Source: an uncultured Planctomycetaceae bacterium
Lineage (GTDB): Bacteria > Planctomycetota > Planctomycetia > Pirellulales > PALSA-1355
DNA length: 64,000 bases
Direction: 5' to 3'
Assembly (NCBI GenBank): GCA_963785305.1
Contig: CAWAUV010000007.1
Span: forward strand, 960,270 to 1,024,269
The notes beneath the pieces were generated by a model. The model did not search any database. It saw only the letters and a list, made by a program, of their open reading frames with translations, and had not been told where the DNA came from. Positions within the stretch are counted from its first letter, which is position 1; each line of letters begins with the position of its first letter. Of this stretch, positions 10,719-20,824 are shown piece by piece. Made by a program: the position numbers and the translations under genes.

Positions 10719-13267
10719 TTAATCGTGGTTGAACAGCGGTTCGGCGGCGCCGTCGGGGCTGGCGCCCCAGGGGGTCCAGGCCAGGGAAACGCTTTCGACC
10801 GAAATATCGCTTTTGCGCGGACCGATGCGAATCTCGCTCAACTGAAAGGCATCGGGACGAACCGAGGCGTCGAACTCGGCGATCTTTTGTTTGAGCTCGG
10901 CCTCGAGCTGGGCTTGCTGGTCGTCGAGCGAGGCGGCGCTTTGGGCGGCCTGTTGGGCATCGCTTCGCTGTTTGAGCGCCTTGCCGCTGGAGCGAACGGC
11001 CGATTCGGCGCGGCGAATGTTGTCGCGGCTCGTGAGCTTCCGCCGAGTGAGCACCGATTCGAGCAGCGCTCCGCCCAGCGAGACAAACGCGCCGAGCGCC
11101 GTGCCCGCGGCGGCGGTTTTGGCTTCGCTCGCGGCGGATTCGGCCCGCTCGCGCTGCTTGTCGATGGCGGCGAATTTCGGGGCATAGGTCGCGCGGAGCG
11201 ATTCGATCGCCTGATCTCGATGTTCGCGGGCCGCCTGCGCGAGTCGCGCGGAAGGCGGCTTCGGACTCGTCGAGCGTCGAGATTTGCTTGGCGCTCTTGC
11301 ATTCCCAGAGCGTGAGCGCGTCGGACGCATAGAGATGCTCCTTGAGCGATTTGGCGAAGCCGGCGTAGCTCTTTGGATTGGCCAGGGGCGCCGGCAGCGC
11401 GGCGAATCGGGCGCCGGCGGCGGGGTCTTTTTCCATCTTCGCCCCCGACACGCCGACGGCGCCTTGCCAGAGGTCGGCCGCGGAGTCCGACACGCCGGCC
11501 AAGACCACGCGCTCGCGCCACGCATCGACGCCGCTCTTGGCCGCCACGAAATGCAACTTGGCTTTGCCCACCAGCGCCGGACGATAGCGCAAGCTTTCGC
11601 TTGTCTTGGGCGGCACGCTCGGCGTCATGAAAACTTCCGCCACGCCGGGCGGCAACACCGGCCGCGCGGTGTCGCTCGCGCCCGACGCCGGCGAGGCGCT
11701 CGATCCTGGCAGCGGCGGCGGAGCGCCCTCGACGGCTGGCGCGCTCGTGTCCGCCGCGTCACTGTCCGGCGAGTTCGTGGGAATCGGCGGCTTGGTGTCC
11801 GACTCGGCTCGCGCGGAGGGCGGCCGGCAGCGGCTTCGCGGCTTTGGCGGCGGCCTTGCGATCGCGCATCAGGGTGGCGATCTGATCGCGCGTGAGAGGA
11901 CCGCGCAAGTAGGAAAGCGTCCAGCGGCTCTCGAACACCACCGGATGGGCGTCATGCACGTTATTAAGCAGAAACACGCGTTTGCCGAGCGCCGAGAGCG
12001 CCGCCGCGATTTGCGCGCGGTCGAACTTGCCGCCCGCCTCCGAGGCGGCCCCTTCGAGTCCGTCGAGCAGCCGGGCCTTGTCGCGCTCGGTTTGCAAGCG
12101 GCCGAGCAGCCAGGTTCCGGCGTTGGAGAGGCTCTTGTAATCGAGGTCCACCGGGTTCTGCGTGGCCAGCACCACTCCCAGCCCAAAGGCCCGGGCTTGT
12201 TTGAGCAGGGTGAGCATCGGCTTTTTCGAGGGCGGATTGGCCGTGGGCGGGAAATAACCGTATACCTCGTCCATATAGAATAGGGCCCGCAGGCTCGATG
12301 TGCCCGACTGGGCCCGCGACCAGCTCAAGAGCTCGTTGAGCAGAATCGTGACGAAGAACATGCGTTCGCTATCGCTCAAATGCGCGATCGAAAGGATCGA
12401 AAGTCTTGGCTTGCCGGCCGGTGTGTAGAGCAGCCGGCCGATATCGAGCGGTTCGCCCGCGAGCCAGCCGGCGAACGACGGCGAAGCCAATAAGTTGTTG
12501 AGCTCGAGCGCGAGCGTGAAACGTTCTTTCGCCGGAAAGAACGTTTCGAGATCGACGAAGCCCACTTTGTCGAACGGCGGAGTCTGAATCCGCCGCAATA
12601 GATCGCTAAGCTCCAGGTTCGTGCCGGCCCGCCAGGCCGCCTCGATGATGTTCGAGAGCAAGATCGATTCCCGGCCGCGGAGCGGATCGGAGTTGACTCC
12701 CGCGAGCGAAAGCACGCCGGCGACCGTGGCGCCGATGCGTTCGCGGAGCGCGTCGTCGTCGTCGAGCACCGCGGCGCTCGGAGCGGCGAACGAGCGGAGC
12801 ACGGTGAGCGGCAAGCCGGCGCTGCCGCCGGGTGTGTAGATCGCGATGTCCACCGAATCGCGAAACCGCGCGATTCGGGCGCCGTCCTCGCCCCAAGCGG
12901 CCAAGCCCTCGCGCCATTTCTTGGCCTCGGCCGCCGCGAGCTCGTCGCTGGTCATGCCGCCGCGCTGCGCTTCCGAGGGATCGATCCAGGGAGCGAAGTC
13001 CGAGGGCTTGAGATCGGGAAACGTGAGCAGCAGGTTGCCGATATCGCCCTTGGGATCGATGGCGATCGCGGGAATGCCGTCGATGGCCGCTTCTTCCAAC
13101 AGCGCGAGACACAAGCCGGTCTTGCCGCTACCGGTCATGCCCACGCAAATCGCATGCGTCGTGAGGTCTTTCGACGGGAAGAGCAGGGGGTCGGACTTGC
13201 CGGTCCGGGTGGCGATATCGTATTCACGCCCCAGATAAAAGACGCCCAACTTTTCGAAGTCTTGCAT
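10719..13267 (-). CDS. HerA/FtsK-like P-loop ATPase (DUF87-type) with a long C-terminal coiled-coil region; two frame switches
   Basis: Walker [20 protein letters not shown], Walker B-like [12 protein letters not shown], and [12 protein letters not shown]. Continuity runs across ORFs 11759..13312, 10333..11658 and 10719..11525, with joins near 11810 and 11245. It ends 22 nt upstream of hrpB. Confidence 0.65.
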
Positions 13268-13459
13268 TGCAGCGCCTTGTGCAAGGAGGAAAACATGAGA
13301 TCGAGAAGCCACTCACGCGAGAGGCGCCGGTCATCTTACCGCGAGCGCGGGGAGCGCAACAGATTGCCGATCGAAATTCGAACTGCGATACTAATCGCGA
13401 CGTGAGGCGACCGAACACAGGCTGGAAGCAGCCCAGCCCTGGCGAACGGGCGAAAGGCG

Positions 13460-14120
13460 ATGCGAATTCCCATGGCCGCGGCGAACGAGTCGGATGTGTT
13501 GTTCGTCGCGCGCATCGAGCGCGGCGAGGAGGCCGCTTGGCGCGAACTGATCGCGCGGTTCGAGGGGCGACTGCTGGCGTTTGTCGAAGGGCGAGCGGCG
13601 CGGCGCTCGGCGGCCGAGGATATCGTGCAGGAGACCTTCCTCGGCTTTCTCACCAGTTTGCCGAACTACGACCGGCGCCGTCCGCTCGAGGGCTATCTGT
13701 TTTCGATCGCGGCGCACAAGTTGACGGATCATTTGCGTCGCGAGGGACGCCGGCCCACGCTGCCGCTCGAAGGGCAGGGCGGTCAATTCTCCGAGAGAGA
13801 AGCGCGGCAGCCAGCGGCGCCCGCGGCCGCGGCGAGCAGCGTGGCCCGAGGTGGCGAGCGCCGCGCTCTCGAGGCGGCGGCCTTGGCCCTTGCGATCGAG
13901 GAGTATTGCGCGGCTCAAATCGCGCGGCGAATGGCAAAAGCTGATCTGCTTGGAGTTGCTGTTTTTGCGATCGTGGCCCAACCGGGACGTGGCGGCTCGG
14001 CTCGAAATGACCGAGGCGTCCGTGGCGGGGCTGAAGTTCGAATTCATCGCCCGGCTGCGGTCGCTGCTCCGGCGCCAAAGCTTGCCGGCGGACGTGTTCC
14101 CGGAACTGGGCGAAGGATAA
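13460..14120 (+). CDS. ECF-type sigma-70 family RNA polymerase sigma factor; one frame switch
   Basis: Region 2 (AEDIVQETFLGFLTSLPNYD...YLFSIAAHKLTDHLR) is in ORF 13460..14182. Region 4 (WQKLICLELLFLRSWPNRDVAARLEMTEASVAGLKF) is in ORF 13851..14120. The join is near 13905. Confidence 0.7.
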
Positions 14121-14172
14121 ATCAGAATTTGTGTGTTGTCGAAAGCGCCCCCACGCCGGCGACGGCTCTCCC

Positions 14173-14315
14173 ACAAGCCTGAAGCGCCAGCGAAGGAAGA
14201 CGCGAGCGCCGACGATCCACCGCCGGGCGCCCGGCCGCCTCGCCTCGCGCGAGAAATTGCTTGTGCCGTGGACGACGCGGATTTGAAGAGTCCTTCGCTG
14301 GCGCGTCAGGCTTGT
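14173..14315. repeat. MITE/REP-like element: 25-bp inverted arms of the dispersed palindromic repeat family (copy A)
   Basis: Arm ACAAGCCTGAAGCGCCAGCGAAGGA (14173-14197) and arm TCCTTCGCTGGCGCGTCAGGCTTGT (14291-14315) are reverse complements with one mismatch. The spacer is 93 bp and the element is intergenic. Confidence 0.85.
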
Positions 14316-14462
14316 AGCTGAAGGGGCGATGGAGTGCTCCAGCGAGCAGTTTTCGATTTCCTCGGTTATCAATCTTCACGCTTCGCGGTTTCACGCTTGG
14401 CGAGGACCGGGAAAGTCCTTGCTCCGACGTTTCGTTTCACCTCGGAAAAATCGAGACAACCT

Positions 14463-15926
14463 ATGTGGGCCACCACCGAATCTCCCGCCGGGCCCGAGCC
14501 CATGTCGCCGCCAAGCTTCCGGCCGTCCGCGGCGCTTGCGCGCTGGTTCGGCGTGGAGGGGCGGATCACGCGGCTCGACTATTTGGTCTGCGGCCTCTTG
14601 TTGGCCATCGTCAAATACGCGGTCGAGGCTGGCATGCTTTGGCTCGTCGCGGCGAGGTTCTTCTATCCTTGGGATTTCGTCAATCCAGTGATGAGCGTGC
14701 GGACGGAAATGGCTCAGGGAGCGCCCGCTTGGTTGCCGGGTTTCTTGTTTCTGTGGACGTTGCCGTTCGTGTGGGTCGCGGTGTCGATGAGCGTGCGCCG
14801 GGCGGCCGATGCGGGCTGCTCGCCGTGGCTCGGCATGATGGTGCTCGTGCCGCTGTTGAATCTGCCATTCATGCTCACCTTTTGCACGCTCCCGAGCGGC
14901 AAACGCTTCCGCCATGTTTCGCCGCGCCGCACGGCGCCGACCAACAGGGGACGAGCGCTCTCGGCCGCGGTGGCCAGCGGAGTGGGGCTGCTCGCCGGAG
15001 CCATCATCATGTTGCCGAGCATTTATTGGGAGGGAAGTTATGGCGCTGTTATGTTTTTGGGCGGCCCGCTGATGATGGGCGCGACGGCCGCGTATGTCGA
15101 CAATCGCCACTATTCGCGCGGTTTTGGTTCCGCTTTCGCGCTCGGAGCGGTCACGATCTGTTTTGGGTTGCTCGCATTCATGCTCTTCGCGCTCGAGGGC
15201 GCGGTCTGCTTGGTGATGGCGGCGCCGCTCATGGTCCCGCTCGGCGCCGTGGGCGGACTCTTGGGCAAAGCCATCGCCGATCGCGTCTCCGCGGGCCGCC
15301 ACCAACTGATGGCGGCCGTGGCGCTTGCTCCGCTCGCGGCCGGCTGGGAAGCGAGGGTCGCGCCATCGCCTGAGTACGCGGTGGTGTCGAGCGTCGAGAT
15401 CGACGCGCCGTCGGAAACCGTCTGGAAAAATGTAGTCGCCTTTCCGGAGTTGCCCGCGGAGCGACCGTGGTATTTTCGCTGGGGGATTAGCTGCCCGGAG
15501 CGGGCACGGATCGAAGGGCATGGCGTCGGCGCGGTGCGCTATTGCGAATTCACCACCGGGGCATTTGTCGAACCGATCACGCGATGGGATCAGCCCCGTT
15601 GGCTGGCGTTCGATGTGGTGGAGCAGCCCGATCCAATGTTCGAGCTGAGCTTTCATGAGCATGTGCATCCGCCGCATCTGGACGGCTACCTGCGAAGCAC
15701 GCATGGCGAATTTCGCTTGATCGCTCTGCCCACGGGCGGCACGCGGCTCGTGGGCTCGACCTGGTATCGCTTGCGAATGTATCCCGCCTGGTACTGGACC
15801 GGATGGTCCGACGGGCTGATTCATCGGATCCACGAGCGCGTGCTGGAGCATATCAAGCGACTCGCCGAGGCGGACCCAGTCGCTGGGCGCGTCACTCGGC
15901 GTTTGCCGAATGATGGGCGGCGATAA
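14463..15926 (+). CDS. polytopic membrane protein with a DUF805-like N-terminus and a C-terminal SRPBCC (START/Bet v1-like) domain
   Basis: GRITRLDYLVCGLLL... resembles a DUF805 start. Several hydrophobic segments follow. The C-terminal part (VEIDAPSETVWKNVVAFPEL...RYCEFTTGAFVEPITRWD...FRLIALPTGGTRLV) resembles the SRPBCC fold family. The start codon is uncertain (14463 or 14502). Confidence 0.6.
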   Translation: MWATTESPAGPEPMSPPSFRPSAALARWFGVEGRITRLDYLVCGLLLAIVKYAVEAGMLWLVAARFFYPWDFVNPVMSVRTEMAQGAPAWLPGFLFLWTLPFVWVAVSMSVRRAADAGCSPWLGMMVLVPLLNLPFMLTFCTLPSGKRFRHVSPRRTAPTNRGRALSAAVASGVGLLAGAIIMLPSIYWEGSYGAVMFLGGPLMMGATAAYVDNRHYSRGFGSAFALGAVTICFGLLAFMLFALEGAVCLVMAAPLMVPLGAVGGLLGKAIADRVSAGRHQLMAAVALAPLAAGWEARVAPSPEYAVVSSVEIDAPSETVWKNVVAFPELPAERPWYFRWGISCPERARIEGHGVGAVRYCEFTTGAFVEPITRWDQPRWLAFDVVEQPDPMFELSFHEHVHPPHLDGYLRSTHGEFRLIALPTGGTRLVGSTWYRLRMYPAWYWTGWSDGLIHRIHERVLEHIKRLAEADPVAGRVTRRLPNDGRR

Positions 15927-16451
15927 AGCGGTCCACGTCGGCTAGGATCGCTTCGTGCAGCTTGCCGAGCTCGCTTGCCGGCAGACTGCCCACGACGCCG
16001 GGCGAGCGCCAAGTGGGCGCCGGAATATGGATCGCCGGTGATCTTGCGAGTCGGGTCTCTTGCACCAGCGCCAGCTCGCGCCAATACGACACCATGCGTT
16101 CGCCCGCGCTGTCGTCGGCCAGGGCCACGAGCGTGAGGCACAAGGTCGGCTGGCCTTGAGCGCGTTCTTGGGCGCCGAGCAGCGCGATGTGGGCAGCGCC
16201 AAGCGGCCGACGATTTCGGCTTCGAGCGCCGCGGATTTGAAAATCGTCCCGGGGCCGCCGCCGCAATCGACCACCACGCGCACCGCATGCAGTCCCCGGA
16301 GCGTGGCCCGTTCGGTCGGCGTGTCGGCGGCCAGGGCCTCGAAGGCCAGACATGCAATGGCCGATCCCGCGATGCCCGCCACGAACCAAGCCGCGCGTCG
16401 CGTGCTTTTCACTATGCGAGGCATGCTCGGCGACGAGATCGTCTTCCGCAT
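15892..16451 (-). CDS. secreted hypothetical protein; one frame switch
   Basis: Signal-like AAWFVAGIAGSAIACLAFEALA in ORF 15942..16550. The continuation ...IALLGAQERAQGQPTLCLTLVALADDSAGERMVSYWREL... is in ORF 15892..16389. The join is near 16190. Confidence 0.4.
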
Positions 16452-16598
16452 AAAGTCCCCTTTCCCGCGAGCCCGTGTCGCAAGCCGCGGTGAAGAAGTC
16501 GCCGCAATGAAGCCACGCTCAATTTTCGTCGCCGGGCGGTCGCTTGGCAACGGTCGGCGGGGGGGCTAGGCCGGATTTTGGAGCCGAGACCGCCGACG

Positions 16599-18701
16599 TC
16601 AGCCAAAAAAATCGGGGTCCGACTCGCCATATTCCCAGGCCTCGGGCACAAAGCGAATCGGCTCGTCGTCATCGGGCGGCGCTTGATTCGCTTGATTCGC
16701 GGTTTGCCGCGATTGGGCGTCGTCGCGTCGGGAGGTGGGGCGGGCGGCGGCCGGACGGGAAGCGCTTCGCAACGGACGGCTGCCGAGCGACTTCGCGCAG
16801 CGCGCTTCGTCGGGCGGCAAAGCGTCGGGCCCCTGGTCGTTGTCGAACAACGCGCCCTGCTCGGCGCAGTGGTCGGCGATGATCTTCAGCACCGCCTCGC
16901 CATATTGGGCCCGCTTGCGTTCGCCGATGCCCGAGATTTCCAGCAAGGCGGCCGAAGTCGAGGGACGACGTCGCGCCAAGTCGCGGAGCGGCCCGTCGGC
17001 AAACACCACATAGGGCGGCACGGAGCGCTGGGCGGCCGTCTCGCGGCGCCAGGCGCGCAGGGTCTCGAACAGCGCCATGTCGACGCCTTGCCAGTTTTCT
17101 TGCTGACTGCGATCGGCGCCGCGATTCGGGCCGCCCGAGCGCCCCGACCCCGAGGGGCCGGCGCCGCGAGAGCGCCGCGGCCGTTCGGTCGGCTCGAGCA
17201 GGCGCGGAGTGAGCTCGCCGCGGAGCATTCGCCAGCCGGTTTCCGTCACCCGGAGCACTGAAAACTCGCCGGTCTTTTCAAGGAACCGCTGATCGACTAG
17301 CTGTTCGACCCAGTCGCGCACTTGGCGCTTGTCATGTTCCTTGAGAATGCCCCAGGTGGTGAGTCGGTCGTGGTTGCGCTCGAGAATTTTTTGATCTCGC
17401 GAGCCGACGAGCACTTGCGATGTGTATTCGCCGCCGAACGATTCCTTGAGCCGCGCGACGCACGAGCCGATCTTTTGGGCAATTTGCAGCGCCCCGTCGA
17501 TGAATTTCCGCTCGCCTAGGCATACATCGCACGCGCCGCAGGCTTGCCCGTGGCTCGACTGGCCAAAGTGTTCCAAGATCGCCTGATGCCGGCAGCCCAT
17601 CGCCGAGCAGAATCGCTCCATGCCCGCGAGATTGGCTTCAGCCGCGGCAACCGCCTCGCGCGGGAGATCGTTTTGAAATCGGCGCCACATCAAAAAATCA
17701 GCCGGCGAGTAGAACAGGCAGCATTCGGCTTCGAGCCCATCGCGACCCGCGCGGCCGCTTTCTTGTTGATAGGCCTCGAGCGACTTGGGAGCGCCGGCGT
17801 GAATGACGAACCGCACATTCGATTTGTCGATGCCCATGCCAAACGCCACCGTGGCGACGATGATGCGAGCCGAGTCGTTGCGAAACGCATCTTGATTCGC
17901 GCGGCGCTCGAGGTCGTCCATGCCGGCGTGGTAGGGCAGGGCGGCAATGCCATCGGCTTGGAGCGCAGCGCACAGCTCGTCGACATCGCGCCGGCGAAGG
18001 CAATAGATAATGCCCGACTCGTCGGCATGGCGGTCGAGCGCTTCGCGAATTTGCGGTAGGCGGTCGCCGCGCCGCGCGACCCGATAACAAAGGTTGGGGC
18101 GATCGAACGAGCCGACCAGCACCTCGGGCTCGACCAAACCAAGCTGCCGGACGATGTCCGACCGCACCCGCTCGGTGGCCGTGGCGGTGTAGGCATGCAG
18201 GCCGACTTGAGGGAAGCGGCGCTTGAGCTCGGTGAGCCCGCGATATTCGGGCCGGAAGTCGTGTCCCCAGTCGCTGATGCAATGGGCTTCGTCCACGGCG
18301 ATAAACGACAGCGACACGCCGTCGAGGAGTCGGAGCATCGAATCGCCGAGCACTCGTTCGGGCGAAAGATAGAGCAGCTTGAGCCGGCCGGAGCGAATCT
18401 CGTCTTCCACGCGGCGGCGCTCGCCGGAGTCGAGCGCGCTATGCATGCTGGCGGCTGGCACGCCGCAATCGTCGAGCGCGGCGACTTGATCGTTCATCAG
18501 CGAAATGAGCGGCGAAACCACGATCGCGAGGCCCGGCATCGCCACGGCGGGCAGTTGATAGCAAAGCGACTTGCCGCCGCCAGTGGGCAGCACCACGAGC
18601 GAATCGCGGCCGGCGGCCACCGCCGCGATCGCCTCGCCCTGAAGCTGGCGGAGCGTGTCGTAGCCCCAATACTTGCGCAGAAGTTCGCGAAGCTGTTGCA
18701 C
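16599..18701 (-). CDS. recQ: ATP-dependent DNA helicase RecQ
   Basis: Intact 700-aa ORF with LPTGGGKSLCYQLPA, DEAHCISDWGHDFRPEY, the zinc-binding CRH..CG.CDVC region, and an HRDC-like C-terminus (VPPYVVFADGPLRDLA). Confidence 0.9.
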   Translation of the reverse strand: MQQLRELLRKYWGYDTLRQLQGEAIAAVAAGRDSLVVLPTGGGKSLCYQLPAVAMPGLAIVVSPLISLMNDQVAALDDCGVPAASMHSALDSGERRRVEDEIRSGRLKLLYLSPERVLGDSMLRLLDGVSLSFIAVDEAHCISDWGHDFRPEYRGLTELKRRFPQVGLHAYTATATERVRSDIVRQLGLVEPEVLVGSFDRPNLCYRVARRGDRLPQIREALDRHADESGIIYCLRRRDVDELCAALQADGIAALPYHAGMDDLERRANQDAFRNDSARIIVATVAFGMGIDKSNVRFVIHAGAPKSLEAYQQESGRAGRDGLEAECCLFYSPADFLMWRRFQNDLPREAVAAAEANLAGMERFCSAMGCRHQAILEHFGQSSHGQACGACDVCLGERKFIDGALQIAQKIGSCVARLKESFGGEYTSQVLVGSRDQKILERNHDRLTTWGILKEHDKRQVRDWVEQLVDQRFLEKTGEFSVLRVTETGWRMLRGELTPRLLEPTERPRRSRGAGPSGSGRSGGPNRGADRSQQENWQGVDMALFETLRAWRRETAAQRSVPPYVVFADGPLRDLARRRPSTSAALLEISGIGERKRAQYGEAVLKIIADHCAEQGALFDNDQGPDALPPDEARCAKSLGSRPLRSASRPAAARPTSRRDDAQSRQTANQANQAPPDDDEPIRFVPEAWEYGESDPDFFG

Positions 18702-18873
18702 GGCGCGTTTGCCGAAAAGCGAGGGGCGGGGAAGGAAAAGAGCGTGGTTTCGCTCGCCGGGGCAGCATACCGCGCCGCGCCTGCCCTTTCAACCACCGGT
18801 CACGGAATGAGCAATTGGCAAGATCGGCAAGCAAAAAGTAGAGGAATCGCCGTTTGGCGGCGCCGCCGGCTTC

Positions 18874-20140
18874 CCGCGGCCAGGGTCGCTCATTCTTTCA
18901 AGATGCCGAGTCTGGTGAGGAGGCGGTCGACTCGGGCGGCGTTTTCTCGCAGAGTTTGGGCGATTTGGGTGCAGCCTAGCGATCGTAGGAGGGTAAGGCC
19001 CGCATTGCGGAGCGTGCTGAACGCCTGGGGCGCGCTGCCCTTGCGGATTCGGCAGGCGTCCTCGCCCAGAACCACGTCGCGAACCCAGTGGGACTTGTTT
19101 TCGATGCCCCAGTGCCCGCGCCACCAGCCCAGCAGGTCGGCGGCCGAGCCTTTGGGTCGTGGCGCGCTGGAAATGGCATACGCCACTTCGTGGGTCTGAA
19201 TGCCCTTGCGCCAGGTCGTGCGGTCGAGTCGGCAGACCTGCTCCAGGCCGGGCCAATCCAAGTGCTTCGCCAACCGGGTCGAAGCTTGCAGAGAGCGATG
19301 TTCTCGCCGGCCGTGTCCCTTGTTCAACGTTTCGGCGACATCGAGATGGGATTGGCGTTGCTTCTCGTTATAGGGGGGAAAAGGCCGGCTCGAACTCGGC
19401 GGCGATGGCCTGCATTAGAGTCGGCTGATTGTCTTTGACCACCAGGAGATAATGCCCGCCGCCGTCGATGATTTTCTGGCAGATCTCGCGCTGACACAGC
19501 AGGGCGTCGCCCGTGATGACGCGGCCTTTCAAGACGATCGTTTCCAAGAGTTCCGGCGCGGCGGTGATCTCGTTGGTCTTGCCATCGACTTCCATCTGAC
19601 TCAAGACATAGCCGGTTTCTTGGTCGTACAAGGACAGCAGATGGGCCGTCCGTCCGTGCGCGTTCAGCACTCCGCACAGGGACTTGCCATCCATCGCGAC
19701 GGCGGACAACTTTGCCTCATCCACAACCTCGCCCAGTTGCGACTCGACCCATTCTCGCACGCACTGCTCTAAAATCACGGGGTCGAGGGCCAGGATCAGA
19801 TCACGGAAGGCATTGGCGCAAGGAGGCTTGCGCCAATAGCCCAGCAACCACCAGATTTTTCGGTCCTGCGACGCGATCCAATCGGCGATCGCCTTGTAAC
19901 CTCGGTGACCGCAAAGGATTCCGCAAACCACGGTGGCCATCATGGCCGAGAGCGAAAAGCGTCGCCCCCGCCGCCCACGAGGATCGGGAATCCGCGACAA
20001 GAAATCGAGCAGACTCGTTGCTTCGGCAGTCGCCATGCAAGCATCTCCAGCAGAATGAAGGTGAGTGGACGCACGTACACACTTATCCTACGCGGGAGAC
20101 TTCCGCTAGACTAGAACAATGATTGGCCCTGTTCCCGCGG
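18874..20140 (-). mobile_element. ISAs1-family insertion sequence (about 1.27 kb)
   Basis: A single transposase gene with imperfect terminal inverted repeats: CCGCGGCCAGGGTCGCTCATT (18874-18894) against the reverse complement of AATGATTGGCCCTGTTCCCGCGG (20118-20140). The length fits my recollection of ISAs1-family sizes. Boundaries are approximate and no target-site duplication was resolved. Confidence 0.55.
18890..20036 (-). pseudogene. ISAs1-family (H-repeat-associated) DDE transposase, interrupted by a frame switch in a G6 run
   Basis: N-terminal part: LLDFLSRIPDPRGRRGRRFSL...AMDGKSLCG...ITGDALLCQREICQKII. C-terminal part: GHGRREHRSL...WRGHWGIENKSHWVRDVVLGEDACRIR. The two ORFs (19368..20036 and 18890..19327) join across GGGGGG at 19373-19378. 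Confidence 0.75.
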
Positions 20141-20210
20141 CGGCTCGCGTTGTCGGTCGGCGGCCCAAGGGTTATAATCCTCCGCGCTGCAAAGCGACGA
20201 ACCCCGCGGA

Positions 20211-20717
20211 ATGAGCACGCTTTACGGAGACAGACCCACGCGCGGCTCTCGGATTGGAATCGGGCACGACACGCATCGGCTGGCGCCGGGCGGGCCGCTA
20301 CGCCTAGGCGGAATCGACGTGGCCCACGACGCGCATGCCGTCGGGCATAGCGACGCCGATGCCTTGCTGCATGCCGTGACCGACGCGCTTTTGGGCGCGG
20401 TGGCCCTGGGCGACATCGGCGAGATGTTTCCCGATACCGATCCGGCGAACCGCAATCGCGACTCCGCCGAAATGCTACGGCTCGTGGCCGAGCGGGTCGC
20501 CCTGTGCGGCTGGCGGATCGAGAACGTGGACTGTATCGTGTTTGCCGAACGGCCCAAGCTTTCCCCCTATAAGGATATGATTCGCGATCGCATCGCCGAC
20601 ATTCTGGGCATCGAGCCCGAGCGTGTCGGCGTCAAAGCCAAGACCGGGGAAGGAGTCGACGCCGTCGGTCGCCAGGAGGCGATCATGGCCCAGTGCGTGG
20701 CGCTGCTCGCCGAATAA
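20211..20717 (+). CDS. ispF: 2-C-methyl-D-erythritol 2,4-cyclodiphosphate synthase
   Basis: RIGIGHDTHRL, GHSDADALLHAVTDALLGA, GDIGEMFPDTD, KAKTGEG. Confidence 0.9.
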   Translation: MSTLYGDRPTRGSRIGIGHDTHRLAPGGPLRLGGIDVAHDAHAVGHSDADALLHAVTDALLGAVALGDIGEMFPDTDPANRNRDSAEMLRLVAERVALCGWRIENVDCIVFAERPKLSPYKDMIRDRIADILGIEPERVGVKAKTGEGVDAVGRQEAIMAQCVALLAE

Positions 20718-20824
20718 CCGCCCGAGACCAGGAGATCGCCCGAACGCAGCGCCGGCGACGGGTGCCCCCAGCGCCGCGGGCTCCTCCAAAACGATTCGGA
20801 TATCTCTTCTCGAAAGAACCTCGC

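Noticed and set aside
19368-19378. Programmed ribosomal frameshift in the transposase
   Set aside because: I do not recall programmed frameshifting being described for the ISAs1 family. The site is a plain G6 run without an A-rich slippery heptamer or an obvious downstream structure. Similar breaks occur in many non-IS genes in this window.
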